From: Chloroflexota bacterium
Lineage (GTDB): Bacteria; Chloroflexota; Anaerolineae; Anaerolineales; Anaerolineaceae
Assembly (NCBI GenBank): GCA_023381565.1
Contig: JAMCRR010000096.1
Span: 61,942-125,941 of the forward strand
DNA: 64,000 bases
Direction: 5' to 3'
A program made the translations under genes and the position numbers. Positions 27,408 to 36,702 of this stretch are shown in pieces. How positions within the stretch are numbered: position 1 is the first letter of the stretch; each line of letters opens with the position of its first letter. The notes under the pieces were generated by a model. It worked only from the letters and a program-made list of their open reading frames with translations. It had not been told where the DNA came from and did no database searches.

Positions 27408-30400
27408 ATATCACGCTTCAAATCAATGGAGTGTTGCTGGGGGCTGAGATCTCTCCGGGGCTACGCTTGCTCGACTTTTTGCGCATGAACGGATATTATG
27501 GGGCGAAAGATGGTGGTTGCGAGAAAGGTGAATGCGGCGCTTGTGCGGTCTTGATCGATGGCAAGCTGGTGAACTCGTGCACAATGCTGGCTGCTCAAGC
27601 TGAAGGCCATGATGTGCATACCATTGAGTCCCTCGGGGAGCACCCGGTGCATGGCTGGAAAACCTCCCGCGGCCTGGACCCAATCCAGCAAGCATTTGTG
27701 GAAAGCGGAGCGATCCAGTGCGGCTACTGCACGCCTGCCCAGGTGCTGGCAGCGAAATCGCTGCTGGAGAAGGACGCCAACCCGAGCGAGGCGCAGGTTC
27801 GTGAAGCACTGTCGGGGGTGCTCTGCCGCTGTACAGGATACGTAAAACCGGTACAGGCAGTTCTGCGCGCGGCGGCAGTGCTGCGTGGTGAAAGCGTCCC
27901 TTCGATTGAAGGAGCAATCCCGGCGCCAGAAGATTGGTTGGCTGGCTCTGCGCAGGGCGAAACCCCGGCAACTCCTACTGAACCGGCTGAGCTGGCGGAA
28001 ACAGAGGTTTTACCGCGCATAATGGTAGCTCCTCAAACTAAAGCTTTTACCACTGTCGGGCACCCCGAACCGAAAGTCGACGCGCTTAAACTCGTCCAGG
28101 GTAAACCGGCTTATGCGATGGACATCGAGATGCGCGGGATGCTGATCGCCAAAGTACTGCACAGCCCGGTGGCTCATGCGCGCATCCGCAAGATCGACGC
28201 CAGTAAAGCCAGGAATTTGCCGGGTGTGGCTGCCGTTCTGACATGGCAAGACCTGCCGCGCGTGGTATATTCTACCGCCGGGCAGTCCGATCCGATCCCG
28301 GGTCCGTTGGATACCTTCTCTTTGGATAATAAAGTCCGTTTCGTCGGCGATCGCGTGGCTTTTGTGGCTGCTGAAGATGAAGAGACCGCCAACCGGGCGC
28401 TCGAGCTAATCGAAGTGGATTATGAAGAGCTGCCGGCGGTATTTGACCCTGCAGAGGCTCAATCCCCACAGGCACCGCGCATCCACGATGAACCGGAGTA
28501 CGTCAATTTCGGCGATAGTGATGCCGCACACAACCTGGCGGCAAAGATCCGCATCGATATTGGAGATGTAGAAAAGGGCTTTGCAGAAGCTGACCGTATC
28601 TTCGAAGGAGATTATGAGGTACCGAAAGTTCAGCAAACGCACATTGAGCCTCACGCGGTGGTGACCTATTGGGATGAAGATGACCGCCTGGTAATCCGCA
28701 CCAGCACTCAGGTGCCTTTCCACGTCCGGCGCCAGCTGGCGCCCGTATTGGGTCTGCCGATTAAACGTATCCGTGTAATCAAACCTCGGATTGGCGGCGG
28801 TTTTGGCGGCAAGCAGGAAGTGCTGATCGATGATGTGGCTGCCCACCTGACCATCGCTACCGGGCGGCCGGTGAGCTTCGAATATACTCGCGAAGAAGAG
28901 TTTACCGCTGCCCGCTCGCGCCACCCGATGCGCTTTCACCTCAGGACTGGTGTAAAACTGGATGGGACGATCACGGCCAACGAAATGTATGCCCTTTCAG
29001 ACACGGGCGCATACGGCTGCCATGCCCTGACGGTGACCGGGAATACCGGGCACAAAGCCATGGCCATCTATCCGGGAGACGGGATTTATCGCAAATCTCC
29101 TAATATTCGCTTCTATGCGGATATCGTCTACACCAACCACCCCCCTGCGGGTGCATTTCGCGGGTACGGCGTGCCCCAGGGGTTCTGGGCCACTGAACGC
29201 CATATCGAAAAGATTGCGCACGCCCTGGGGTTGGATCCTATTGAGATGCGTTTAAAGAATGCGATCCGTGCAGGAGAGCTACACCCCTTCAGCACAGCCT
29301 GGTCCGAAGGGCGTGAGCCAAAGCCTGAGATCCTTAACACAGTCGGCCTGGAAGAATGCGCCCGCCAGGGGAAGGCCGCGGTAGGTTGGGATCAGAAATA
29401 CGCCAACCCAGAATGGCACCGGGTGCCGGGAGCGCCAGCCCTGCGCAAGGGCATTGGGGTCGCTTTAGCTATGCATGGGACGGCGATCCCTTACGTGGAT
29501 ATGGGCGGGGCAAGCATAAAGATGAATGAGGACGGCTCATTCAACCTGCTCATCGGGGCGACCGATCTGGGGACGGGATCGGATACGGTGCTGGCGCAGA
29601 TGGCTGCCGAGGTCTTGGGGGTGCCTCTCGAGGATTTCCAGGTGTATTCATCCGATACGGATTTCACCCCCTTCGATAAGGGAGCATACGCCTCCAGCAC
29701 AACGTACATCTCGGGTGGAGCGGTAACGCGAGCCGCCAGGCTGGTGGCCGAGCGCATCTGCATCCGGGCAGCGCACATGCTCAACAGCCGTGGTGGGGGT
29801 GTGGAAGTGAAGCCAGGTGAGATCACTCTGGCCGGCCGTAAAGCATACGCGCCCGATGGGCGAGAGGTGACTTTTTCTGAGGTGGGATACAATTCTCTGC
29901 ACCATGAAGATCAGGAGCAGATCATGGCCGTTGCCTCTTTCGTCTCTCCATTATCGCCAGCGCCGTTTGCCGCTCAGTTCGCCGAGGTGACCGTCGATAC
30001 CGGCACCGGTCAGGTGTGGGTCGACAAACTGGTCATTGCGGTCGACGGTGGGGTCATTGTCAACCCGTTGACGGCCTCTGGCCAAATCGAAGGCGGTGTA
30101 ACGCAAGCGTTGGGTTATGCGGTTAGCGAAGAGATGAAGTATGACGAGAAAGGGCGCCCGCGAGAACGTGATCTGAATCAGTACCATATCTTCCGGGCAA
30201 ATGAAATGCCAGAACTGCGTGCCCTTTTTGTTGAGACCTACGAACCCAGTCACCCATTCGGGGTGAAGGCGCTCGCCGAAATCCCCATGGATGCCGCTGC
30301 ACCTGCCGTGGGCAATGCGATCGCGGATGCCTGCGGCGCGCAGGTGGATGTAAATCCGGCGACGCCTGAGCGCATATGGAAGGCGCTGCAGAGCGCGGCT

Positions 30401-30415
30401 GCCGCCGAGAAATAA
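27404..30415 (+). CDS. fused [2Fe-2S] + molybdopterin-binding subunit of a xanthine-dehydrogenase-family hydroxylase, XdhD-like
   Basis: The N-terminus has two 2Fe-2S motifs (GCEKGECGACAVLIDG...C, then QCGYCTPA...CRCTGY). The Mo domain has GGGFGGKQ, AGAFRGYGVPQ and a C-terminal KALAEIP with the catalytic-type Glu. It is 1003 aa long. Confidence 0.85.
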   Translation: MNITLQINGVLLGAEISPGLRLLDFLRMNGYYGAKDGGCEKGECGACAVLIDGKLVNSCTMLAAQAEGHDVHTIESLGEHPVHGWKTSRGLDPIQQAFVESGAIQCGYCTPAQVLAAKSLLEKDANPSEAQVREALSGVLCRCTGYVKPVQAVLRAAAVLRGESVPSIEGAIPAPEDWLAGSAQGETPATPTEPAELAETEVLPRIMVAPQTKAFTTVGHPEPKVDALKLVQGKPAYAMDIEMRGMLIAKVLHSPVAHARIRKIDASKARNLPGVAAVLTWQDLPRVVYSTAGQSDPIPGPLDTFSLDNKVRFVGDRVAFVAAEDEETANRALELIEVDYEELPAVFDPAEAQSPQAPRIHDEPEYVNFGDSDAAHNLAAKIRIDIGDVEKGFAEADRIFEGDYEVPKVQQTHIEPHAVVTYWDEDDRLVIRTSTQVPFHVRRQLAPVLGLPIKRIRVIKPRIGGGFGGKQEVLIDDVAAHLTIATGRPVSFEYTREEEFTAARSRHPMRFHLRTGVKLDGTITANEMYALSDTGAYGCHALTVTGNTGHKAMAIYPGDGIYRKSPNIRFYADIVYTNHPPAGAFRGYGVPQGFWATERHIEKIAHALGLDPIEMRLKNAIRAGELHPFSTAWSEGREPKPEILNTVGLEECARQGKAAVGWDQKYANPEWHRVPGAPALRKGIGVALAMHGTAIPYVDMGGASIKMNEDGSFNLLIGATDLGTGSDTVLAQMAAEVLGVPLEDFQVYSSDTDFTPFDKGAYASSTTYISGGAVTRAARLVAERICIRAAHMLNSRGGGVEVKPGEITLAGRKAYAPDGREVTFSEVGYNSLHHEDQEQIMAVASFVSPLSPAPFAAQFAEVTVDTGTGQVWVDKLVIAVDGGVIVNPLTASGQIEGGVTQALGYAVSEEMKYDEKGRPRERDLNQYHIFRANEMPELRALFVETYEPSHPFGVKALAEIPMDAAAPAVGNAIADACGAQVDVNPATPERIWKALQSAAAAEK

Positions 30416-30449
30416 AGTTGTAGTACAAGAAATCGAGGGAAAGTAATCC

Positions 30450-31802
30450 ATGGAACTGCAGAATCCAATCTATGTGATTGGGCACGTTAATCCGGATACG
30501 GATTCGATCGCGGCTGCCATGGGATATGCCTGGCTTCTTCGCGAACGCGATGGCATGAATACCATCGCAGCTCGTGCTGGACCGGCAAACCCTCAGACGG
30601 TCTGGGCGCTTAAGCGGCTGGGACTAGAAGCGCCAGTCCTGCTCACGGATGCCTCGCCAAAGTTCGGCTCGGTGGCGCGCCATCTGGATACGACAACCTC
30701 TGAAAAGCCTCTGGCTGAGGCGTGGACCATAGCCAGCCGGACGGGCGGCGTGGCGCCCATCTTGAATCCGGATGGGACACCCTTCGGCCTCTTGAATGGG
30801 CAAAGTCTCTTTCGTTTCCTCACGCAGATCGTAGGGCCAAACCCTCGCCGGCTCGACATGCCCTTGAGCGAGATCATGAACGCGCCATGCAAGCGGGCAG
30901 CCGATACCGGTGTGCCTCGCTTTCAGGCGTCACACCGTATCCGAGATGTTCTGCACCGCATCTTGCGGGAAGAACGTGATGAATTTTGGGTCTTGGATGA
31001 GACAGGGCGTTATGTAGGTATCTGCCGGCAGCGAGATCTGCTCAACCCCCCACGTTTGAGGGTGATCCTTGTCGATCATAATGAAGCGCACCAGGCGTTG
31101 GGTTCTCTCGAGGAGGCAGAGCTCTTGGAGATCCTTGATCACCACCGCCTGGGCAACCCTTCGACACGCGTGCCGATCAAATTTACGGTTGATATTGTCG
31201 GTAGCACGAGTACCCTGGTCTCCGAACGCTCGGAAGAGGCCGGCTTTAGCGTCCCGCCTGCCCTGGCCGGAATGCTGCTCGCCGGGCTTCTCTCGGATAC
31301 ATTGATTTTAACGTCACCGACGACAACGGATCGCGATCGCCAGGCAGCCGAACGGCTGGCGCGCTGGGCGATCGTCGGAGGCTCGCCGTTGGAAGAAGAA
31401 ACGATCCGGTCGTACGGCGAGAAGGTGATCGCCTCCGGAGCGGGACTCTCCACCCGGTCGCCTCAAGAGGTTGTGAGCGGAGATTTGAAAGAATATATGG
31501 CCGGCGGATTTCAATTTGCTATCGCCCAGGTCGAGGTGACCGACCTGCTCCAGATGCGCGATCACCTGGACGGATTGAAATCTGCACTGCGAGAGCTGCG
31601 CGACAGCAAAGGTCTGGACTTCGCAATGCTGATGGTGACCGACATTGTCAACGGGTGCAGCCGGTTAATCCTGGTGGACGCCCCGCCAACCCTGGAAGAC
31701 CTGCCTTACCCACCCCTGCCAGATGGCACCCTACAGGCGGATGGGGTGGTATCACGTAAAAAACAGCTCCTGCCGGTTGTCTTGGGTTTGCTGGAGGATT
31801 GA
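30450..31802 (+). CDS. CBS-domain-containing family II (DHH/DHHA2) inorganic pyrophosphatase
   Basis: Family II motifs are present: GHVNPDTDSIAAA, VDHNE, LDHHRLG and a DHHA2 C-terminal domain. An insert of about 125 aa between motifs I and II is consistent with a CBS pair. Confidence 0.8.
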   Translation: MELQNPIYVIGHVNPDTDSIAAAMGYAWLLRERDGMNTIAARAGPANPQTVWALKRLGLEAPVLLTDASPKFGSVARHLDTTTSEKPLAEAWTIASRTGGVAPILNPDGTPFGLLNGQSLFRFLTQIVGPNPRRLDMPLSEIMNAPCKRAADTGVPRFQASHRIRDVLHRILREERDEFWVLDETGRYVGICRQRDLLNPPRLRVILVDHNEAHQALGSLEEAELLEILDHHRLGNPSTRVPIKFTVDIVGSTSTLVSERSEEAGFSVPPALAGMLLAGLLSDTLILTSPTTTDRDRQAAERLARWAIVGGSPLEEETIRSYGEKVIASGAGLSTRSPQEVVSGDLKEYMAGGFQFAIAQVEVTDLLQMRDHLDGLKSALRELRDSKGLDFAMLMVTDIVNGCSRLILVDAPPTLEDLPYPPLPDGTLQADGVVSRKKQLLPVVLGLLED

Positions 31803-32593
31803 TGGCGAATATTTACCGCCTGGTTCAAGAGCTCGAACAAAATGGGGAGGCCGGCGTATTATGCATGATCGTGGAAACCGAGGGCTCTACTCCACGCCAC
31901 GTGGGCAGCAAGATGCTGGTCTATCCAGACGGGCATTTTGTTGGCACGGTAGGCGGCGGCGAGGTGGAGAGCCGGGTACTCCAGGAAGCCATGCTGTCAT
32001 TGGCGGAGGATAAACCCCGCTTGCTGCGATACAAAATGATCGATCCCAATCAGGGAGACCCGGGAGTATGCGGGGGACAATTGGAGGTCTATGTGGAGCC
32101 GATCCAGCCTCGCCCGATGGTGGTTGTAGTTGGAGGAGGCCATGTAGGCAAAGCAGTGGCTCACCTGGCACGCTGGTTGAATTTTCGTGTTGCCGTTTCT
32201 GACGACCGGCCTGAGTTCTGTACGCCTGAGGCCAACCCAGACGCCGACTATTTGGTCCCCTGCCCACTGGCGGATTTGCCCAAACAGCTTAAAATTGATG
32301 GACAGACCTATCTGGTGCTGACGACGCGCGGCGCGCAGGTGGATATCGGTGGGCTGCCTGTGTTGTTGGATACCCCGGCAGCTTACATCGGCGTCATTGG
32401 GTCCAAACGACGGTGGCTGACTGCTCGGAAGGCGATGCTGGAGGCAGGCGTCCCGGAGGAAAAGCTTGTCCGCGTCCATAGTCCTATGGGGCTTGAATTG
32501 AACGTGGAAACTCCAGAGGAAATTGCTTTAAGCATCATGGCAGAAATTGTGCTGTTACGGAATGGTGGAACGGGAAAAAGCATGAAGATGTAG
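31802..32593 (+). CDS. xdhC: XdhC/CoxI-family molybdenum cofactor insertion chaperone
   Basis: It has an XdhC_CoxI N-terminal domain (VETEGSTPRHVGSKM...VCGGQLEVYVEP) and a Rossmann-like domain (VVVGGGHVGKAVAHLA). Its ATG overlaps the pyrophosphatase TGA by 1 nt. Confidence 0.85.
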   Translation: MANIYRLVQELEQNGEAGVLCMIVETEGSTPRHVGSKMLVYPDGHFVGTVGGGEVESRVLQEAMLSLAEDKPRLLRYKMIDPNQGDPGVCGGQLEVYVEPIQPRPMVVVVGGGHVGKAVAHLARWLNFRVAVSDDRPEFCTPEANPDADYLVPCPLADLPKQLKIDGQTYLVLTTRGAQVDIGGLPVLLDTPAAYIGVIGSKRRWLTARKAMLEAGVPEEKLVRVHSPMGLELNVETPEEIALSIMAEIVLLRNGGTGKSMKM

Positions 32594-32609
32594 GTTTTTG
32601 GAGGATGTA

Positions 32610-34103
32610 ATGTGGCAGGAATATATTAATGCAACGACCGTAGCAGAAGTACTATCTGTATTAGATGATCGCAGAGAACGCGTGCGGGTCGTTGCCGGCT
32701 CAACCGATTTGATCCTGGAAATCGAGAGAGGCGTGCGTAAAGGCATAGAGACTCTGGTCGACGTTACTCGCATCCCGGATCTGGACAGGATTTATAAAGA
32801 TGAAAAAGGTAGGGTACACCTGGGACCCCTGGTAACGCATAATGATGTTGTAGCATCGAAGCTTCTACGTGATACCGCCTTACCACTGGCGCAGGCAGCC
32901 TGGGAGGTTGGGTCACCCCAAATTCGTAACCGGGGTACGGTTGCCGGCAACCTGATCACTGCTTCTCCTGCTAATGATACGATCACCCCGCTGATGGCAT
33001 TAGGAGCGAGCGTAACCCTGCGCTCGATCTGCGGCGAAAGGACTGTGCCATTGAGGGAGTTTTACCTGGGCGTCCGGAAGAATGTGATGGAGCCGGATGA
33101 GATGCTCGTCGATATCTCCTTCCCGGCGTTAAAATCTCGCCAGAAGGGCCGGTTTATCAAATTCGCGCTGCGCCGTGCCCAGGCTATATCCCTGGTCAAT
33201 GTTGCAGCAATTCTCGAATTCGATGGAAAATGGGTACTGAATGCCGCCATCACTCTGGGAGCTGTTGCCCCAACGATTATTCATGCTGAAGAGGCCGAAA
33301 AATTCCTGGTGGGACGGGTTCTTGATGATGATACGATCGAGAATGCCGCTGAACGCACCATGAGGGCTGCAAAACCAATCAGTGATGTGCGCAGCTCGGC
33401 AGCCTACCGCAGCATGCTGGTGCGTGTGGTTGCACGCCGGGCATTAAATGCACTAAACGGTGGCGCGGATGTAGTTAATTTACCCGACGATCCGGTGCTC
33501 TTATCCGATCGTTCAGACGGAAATCACGCACCGGCATTTCAACGGGCAGTTGTCTCGCCCACTGCGCCAATTGTCACGCGCATCAACGGCAAGGAATATA
33601 TTTTCAAGCACGGCCACAATAAGACTTTGCTGCGGTTTCTGCGCGAGGAGGTAGGCCTGGTCGGTACAAAAGAGGGTTGTGCAGAAGGAGAATGCGGTGC
33701 GTGTACGGTCTTTCTGGACGGACAGGCGGTCATGAGCTGCATGGTCCCTGCCCCGCGCGCGCACCAGGCTGAGATCGTCACGGTGGAAGGTCTTGCGCAG
33801 GGAGACCGGCTTGACCCCGTTCAGCAGGCTTTCATTGACAAAGGCGCAGTCCAATGCGGCTACTGCACGCCCGGTTTTCTAATGTCGGCCGCGAAGCTGC
33901 TCGAAGAACGCTCTACCCCCAGCAAAGATGAAATCCGTCAAGCATTGACGGGCAACCTGTGCCGCTGCACAGGATACTACAAAATCATCGAGGCAATCGA
34001 GTCTGCTAGTGGGAGATCAACATGGGAAAATACCAGTCCTACCGAACAGATATCCGAATCGATAAGCGGAAGCTCCCCATCCACCCAGTCTGGAGAGGTG
34101 TAG
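32610..34103 (+). CDS. fused FAD-binding + [2Fe-2S] subunit of a second xanthine-dehydrogenase-family enzyme
   Basis: The N-terminus has a CoxM-like FAD domain (VVAGSTDLILE...GTVAGNL) with its C-terminal flavoprotein domain. A CoxS-like domain follows (INGKEY...GCAEGECGACTVFLDG...QCGYCTPG...CRCTGYYKI). Confidence 0.85.
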   Translation: MWQEYINATTVAEVLSVLDDRRERVRVVAGSTDLILEIERGVRKGIETLVDVTRIPDLDRIYKDEKGRVHLGPLVTHNDVVASKLLRDTALPLAQAAWEVGSPQIRNRGTVAGNLITASPANDTITPLMALGASVTLRSICGERTVPLREFYLGVRKNVMEPDEMLVDISFPALKSRQKGRFIKFALRRAQAISLVNVAAILEFDGKWVLNAAITLGAVAPTIIHAEEAEKFLVGRVLDDDTIENAAERTMRAAKPISDVRSSAAYRSMLVRVVARRALNALNGGADVVNLPDDPVLLSDRSDGNHAPAFQRAVVSPTAPIVTRINGKEYIFKHGHNKTLLRFLREEVGLVGTKEGCAEGECGACTVFLDGQAVMSCMVPAPRAHQAEIVTVEGLAQGDRLDPVQQAFIDKGAVQCGYCTPGFLMSAAKLLEERSTPSKDEIRQALTGNLCRCTGYYKIIEAIESASGRSTWENTSPTEQISESISGSSPSTQSGEV

Positions 34104-34384
34104 GATTTGTGTTGATGGTGGTTGTGCCAGTTGCTTCATATTTTGTTATGCAGGAAATCCTGGCACAGAACGCCATCCAGCACTGGTTCCAGGTGCCGCC
34201 TGAAATCCTCTCGCCCTGGGGAGATCCCCTGATTTTCGTCAAGATTTTCATCGCCCTGGTGGCAGTCGTGGTAATCTATGCCATTTTGCTGCTGGTGGCC
34301 TTTACGTATGATAAGCTTTTCGGCCCACCCCATTATGGACCGACCGATTCCCCTCCATCTGACCCAGGGGTCCACAGATCTTGA
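34022..34384 (+). CDS. small 2-TM membrane protein (hypothetical), overlapping the preceding gene by 82 nt
   Basis: ATG 34022 lies 6 nt after GGGAG. It has two clear hydrophobic helices (VGFVLMVVVPVASYFVM; IFVKIFIALVAVVVIYAILLLVAF) and a Pro-rich tail. Confidence 0.5.
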   Translation: MGKYQSYRTDIRIDKRKLPIHPVWRGVGFVLMVVVPVASYFVMQEILAQNAIQHWFQVPPEILSPWGDPLIFVKIFIALVAVVVIYAILLLVAFTYDKLFGPPHYGPTDSPPSDPGVHRS

Positions 34385-34470
34385 AGACCCCTTCAGACAA
34401 TTCGGGGGGAGACAATGGGTAATTGACCAACAGATTACCATGGTTTTATTGGTCGAACGGAGGAGTAAAA

Positions 34471-36699
34471 ATGTCATCAGTTGGGCAATCCGTTTTGCGG
34501 ATTGACGCGCGCAGTAAGGTGACCGGCGAGGCGCTTTATCCGGGTGATTTTAACCTGCCGAACCAGGCTTATATGAAGATCTTATTTGCCAGGCGCCCGC
34601 ATGCCATCATCCGGAAGATCGAGACAGCCAAAGCAGAGGCAGTCGCAGGGGTCCTTGCCGTGTTTACTGCCCGCGATGTTCCGGTGAACGAGTACGGACT
34701 GGGAATACCAGATCAGCCGGTGCTTTGCGGCCCGGGCTCGAAAAAACCCGACGCTGACCGGGTACGTTTTATCGGCGATCAGGTCGCTTTAGTGGTAGCG
34801 GAAACAGAAGAAATCGCCGAAAAAGCGCGGGATCTGATCGAAGTGGATTACGAAGACTTGCCCGTTATATCTGATCCTTTAGATGCAATCAAGGAAGATG
34901 CGCTGCTGCTGCATCCCGATCTGGGGTCAAACGTCATTTGCCACTACCAGATCCGTAAAGGCGACGTCGAAGAGGCTTTCGCCAAAGCAGATGTGATCAT
35001 TGAAGGCGAATACCATACTCCCGGCCAGGAGCATGCTTTCTTGCAGCCCGAAGCAGGGGTCAGTTATATCGACGAGGAGAACCGGGTTACGGTGGTTGTG
35101 GCCGGCCAGTGGATCCACGAGGATCAGGATCAGATCTCGCATGCCCTGGATCTGCCGCACGAGGCTGTACGGGTGATCTATCCTGCAATCGGGGGTGCAT
35201 TTGGAGGCCGCGAGGATATGTCGGTGCAGATCGTGCTTGCTCTGGCGGCTTTGCGCCTGCACCAGCGCGGCATCGACCGGCCGGTGAAGATCATCTGGAG
35301 CCGGGAGGAGTCGATTATCGGGCACCACAAGCGCCACCCTTATCTCATTCGGACGCGCTGGGGAGCAACACGCGAAGGTAAGGTGATCGCTGCAAAAGTG
35401 GACCTGCTGGCAGATGGCGGGGCTTATGCTTACACTTCCACGAAAGTGCTGGGAAATGCCACCCTGATGTGCACAGGACCGTATGAGATTCCCAACGTCT
35501 CGGTGGGGTCGTCTGTCGTGTACACGAACAATATTCCCACGGGCGCTTTTCGCGGTTTCGGAGGTCCGCAGGGGCTTTTTGCAGCCGAATCTCAGATGAA
35601 CAAGCTGGCTGAAGCGCTGAGTATGGACCCAATTGAGCTACGCATGCGCAATATCCTGCGCGATGGATCGCTTCTTTCGGTTGGGACGCCATTGCCCGGA
35701 AAAGTGACTCTCGACCAGGTGACCGAGCAGTGTGCCCAGGCCGGAGGCTGGAAAAAGACCGACAAGGGCTGGACCAAACCAGACGGTTTGCGGATCGATC
35801 GAGCGAGAGAAAATCAAAACCCGTCCGTGAAACGGGGGGTGGGGTTTGCCACCGGCTATAAGAATGTCGGTTTCTCTTTTGGCGCAGTGGAAAGCTGCTG
35901 GGCAACGATCGAGTTGAGAGGCGGCTCTGAAATTGAGGAGGCTGTCTTGCATCACGCCGGCGCAGATGTTGGGCAGGGGGCGCATACCGTCTTTGTCCAG
36001 ATGGCGGCTGAGGCGTTGGGCGTGCCGGTTGAAAAAGTCCACCTGATTGCTTCGGATACGGCCACCAGTGATAATTCGGGGAGCGCATCGGCCTCACGCA
36101 TGACCTACATGGCGGGGAATGCGATCCGGGGAGCGGCGCAAATCGCTTTGGAAAAGTGGGAGAACGAGGAGCGTCCTGCAGTTGGGAGATTTGAATTTCA
36201 TCCTCCGGCGACGACCCCTTTCGATCCACAAACCGGTTTTTCAAAACCAAACTTCGCGTACGGCTACGTGGCTGAAATTGCTGAGGTTGAAGTTGACGTC
36301 GAGACCGGGCAGGTGCATCTGCTGAATGTTATCTGTGTAAACGATGTGGGCAAGGCGATCAATCCGGAGCTGGTTAAGGGACAGGTGGAAGGGGCCGTTG
36401 TTCAGGCCGAGGGATATACGATCCTGGAAAACATCGTTCAAAAAGACGGTTATTGCCTCACGCCGGGCCTGTCCACCTATCTGATACCGACCATCGTGGA
36501 TATCCCCGAGCAAGTCGAAACCCATCTCCTGGAATACGCCGATAGCGGCGGACCTTTTGGGGCACGTGGCATGGGAGAAATGCCTCTCTTGCCGCTGGCG
36601 CCGGCAATCACGGCGGCGGTGCATTCGGCGATCGGGGTATGGATCGATTCTTTCCCCCTGACGCCAGAGCGGGTCCTGACTGCCATCAAGGAAAAATAG
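34471..36699 (+). CDS. molybdopterin-binding large subunit of a xanthine-dehydrogenase-family hydroxylase
   Basis: Family motifs are present: KVTGEALYPGD, IGGAFGGRED, TGAFRGFGGPQ and GMGEMP with the catalytic-type Glu. ATG 34471 is preceded by GGAGG. Confidence 0.9.
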   Translation: MSSVGQSVLRIDARSKVTGEALYPGDFNLPNQAYMKILFARRPHAIIRKIETAKAEAVAGVLAVFTARDVPVNEYGLGIPDQPVLCGPGSKKPDADRVRFIGDQVALVVAETEEIAEKARDLIEVDYEDLPVISDPLDAIKEDALLLHPDLGSNVICHYQIRKGDVEEAFAKADVIIEGEYHTPGQEHAFLQPEAGVSYIDEENRVTVVVAGQWIHEDQDQISHALDLPHEAVRVIYPAIGGAFGGREDMSVQIVLALAALRLHQRGIDRPVKIIWSREESIIGHHKRHPYLIRTRWGATREGKVIAAKVDLLADGGAYAYTSTKVLGNATLMCTGPYEIPNVSVGSSVVYTNNIPTGAFRGFGGPQGLFAAESQMNKLAEALSMDPIELRMRNILRDGSLLSVGTPLPGKVTLDQVTEQCAQAGGWKKTDKGWTKPDGLRIDRARENQNPSVKRGVGFATGYKNVGFSFGAVESCWATIELRGGSEIEEAVLHHAGADVGQGAHTVFVQMAAEALGVPVEKVHLIASDTATSDNSGSASASRMTYMAGNAIRGAAQIALEKWENEERPAVGRFEFHPPATTPFDPQTGFSKPNFAYGYVAEIAEVEVDVETGQVHLLNVICVNDVGKAINPELVKGQVEGAVVQAEGYTILENIVQKDGYCLTPGLSTYLIPTIVDIPEQVETHLLEYADSGGPFGARGMGEMPLLPLAPAITAAVHSAIGVWIDSFPLTPERVLTAIKEK

Positions 36700-36702
36700 T
36701 AA

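Noticed and set aside
35345-36250. A 301-aa minus-strand ORF lies inside the Mo-subunit gene. There are similar long antisense ORFs at 26765-27421, 27423-27971, 28406-28939, 37368-38172 and 29951-30485.
   Set aside because: All lie antisense to, or out of frame with, strongly supported hydroxylase or accessory genes. Their Pro/Arg/Ser-dominated composition is characteristic of non-coding frames of GC-rich genes.
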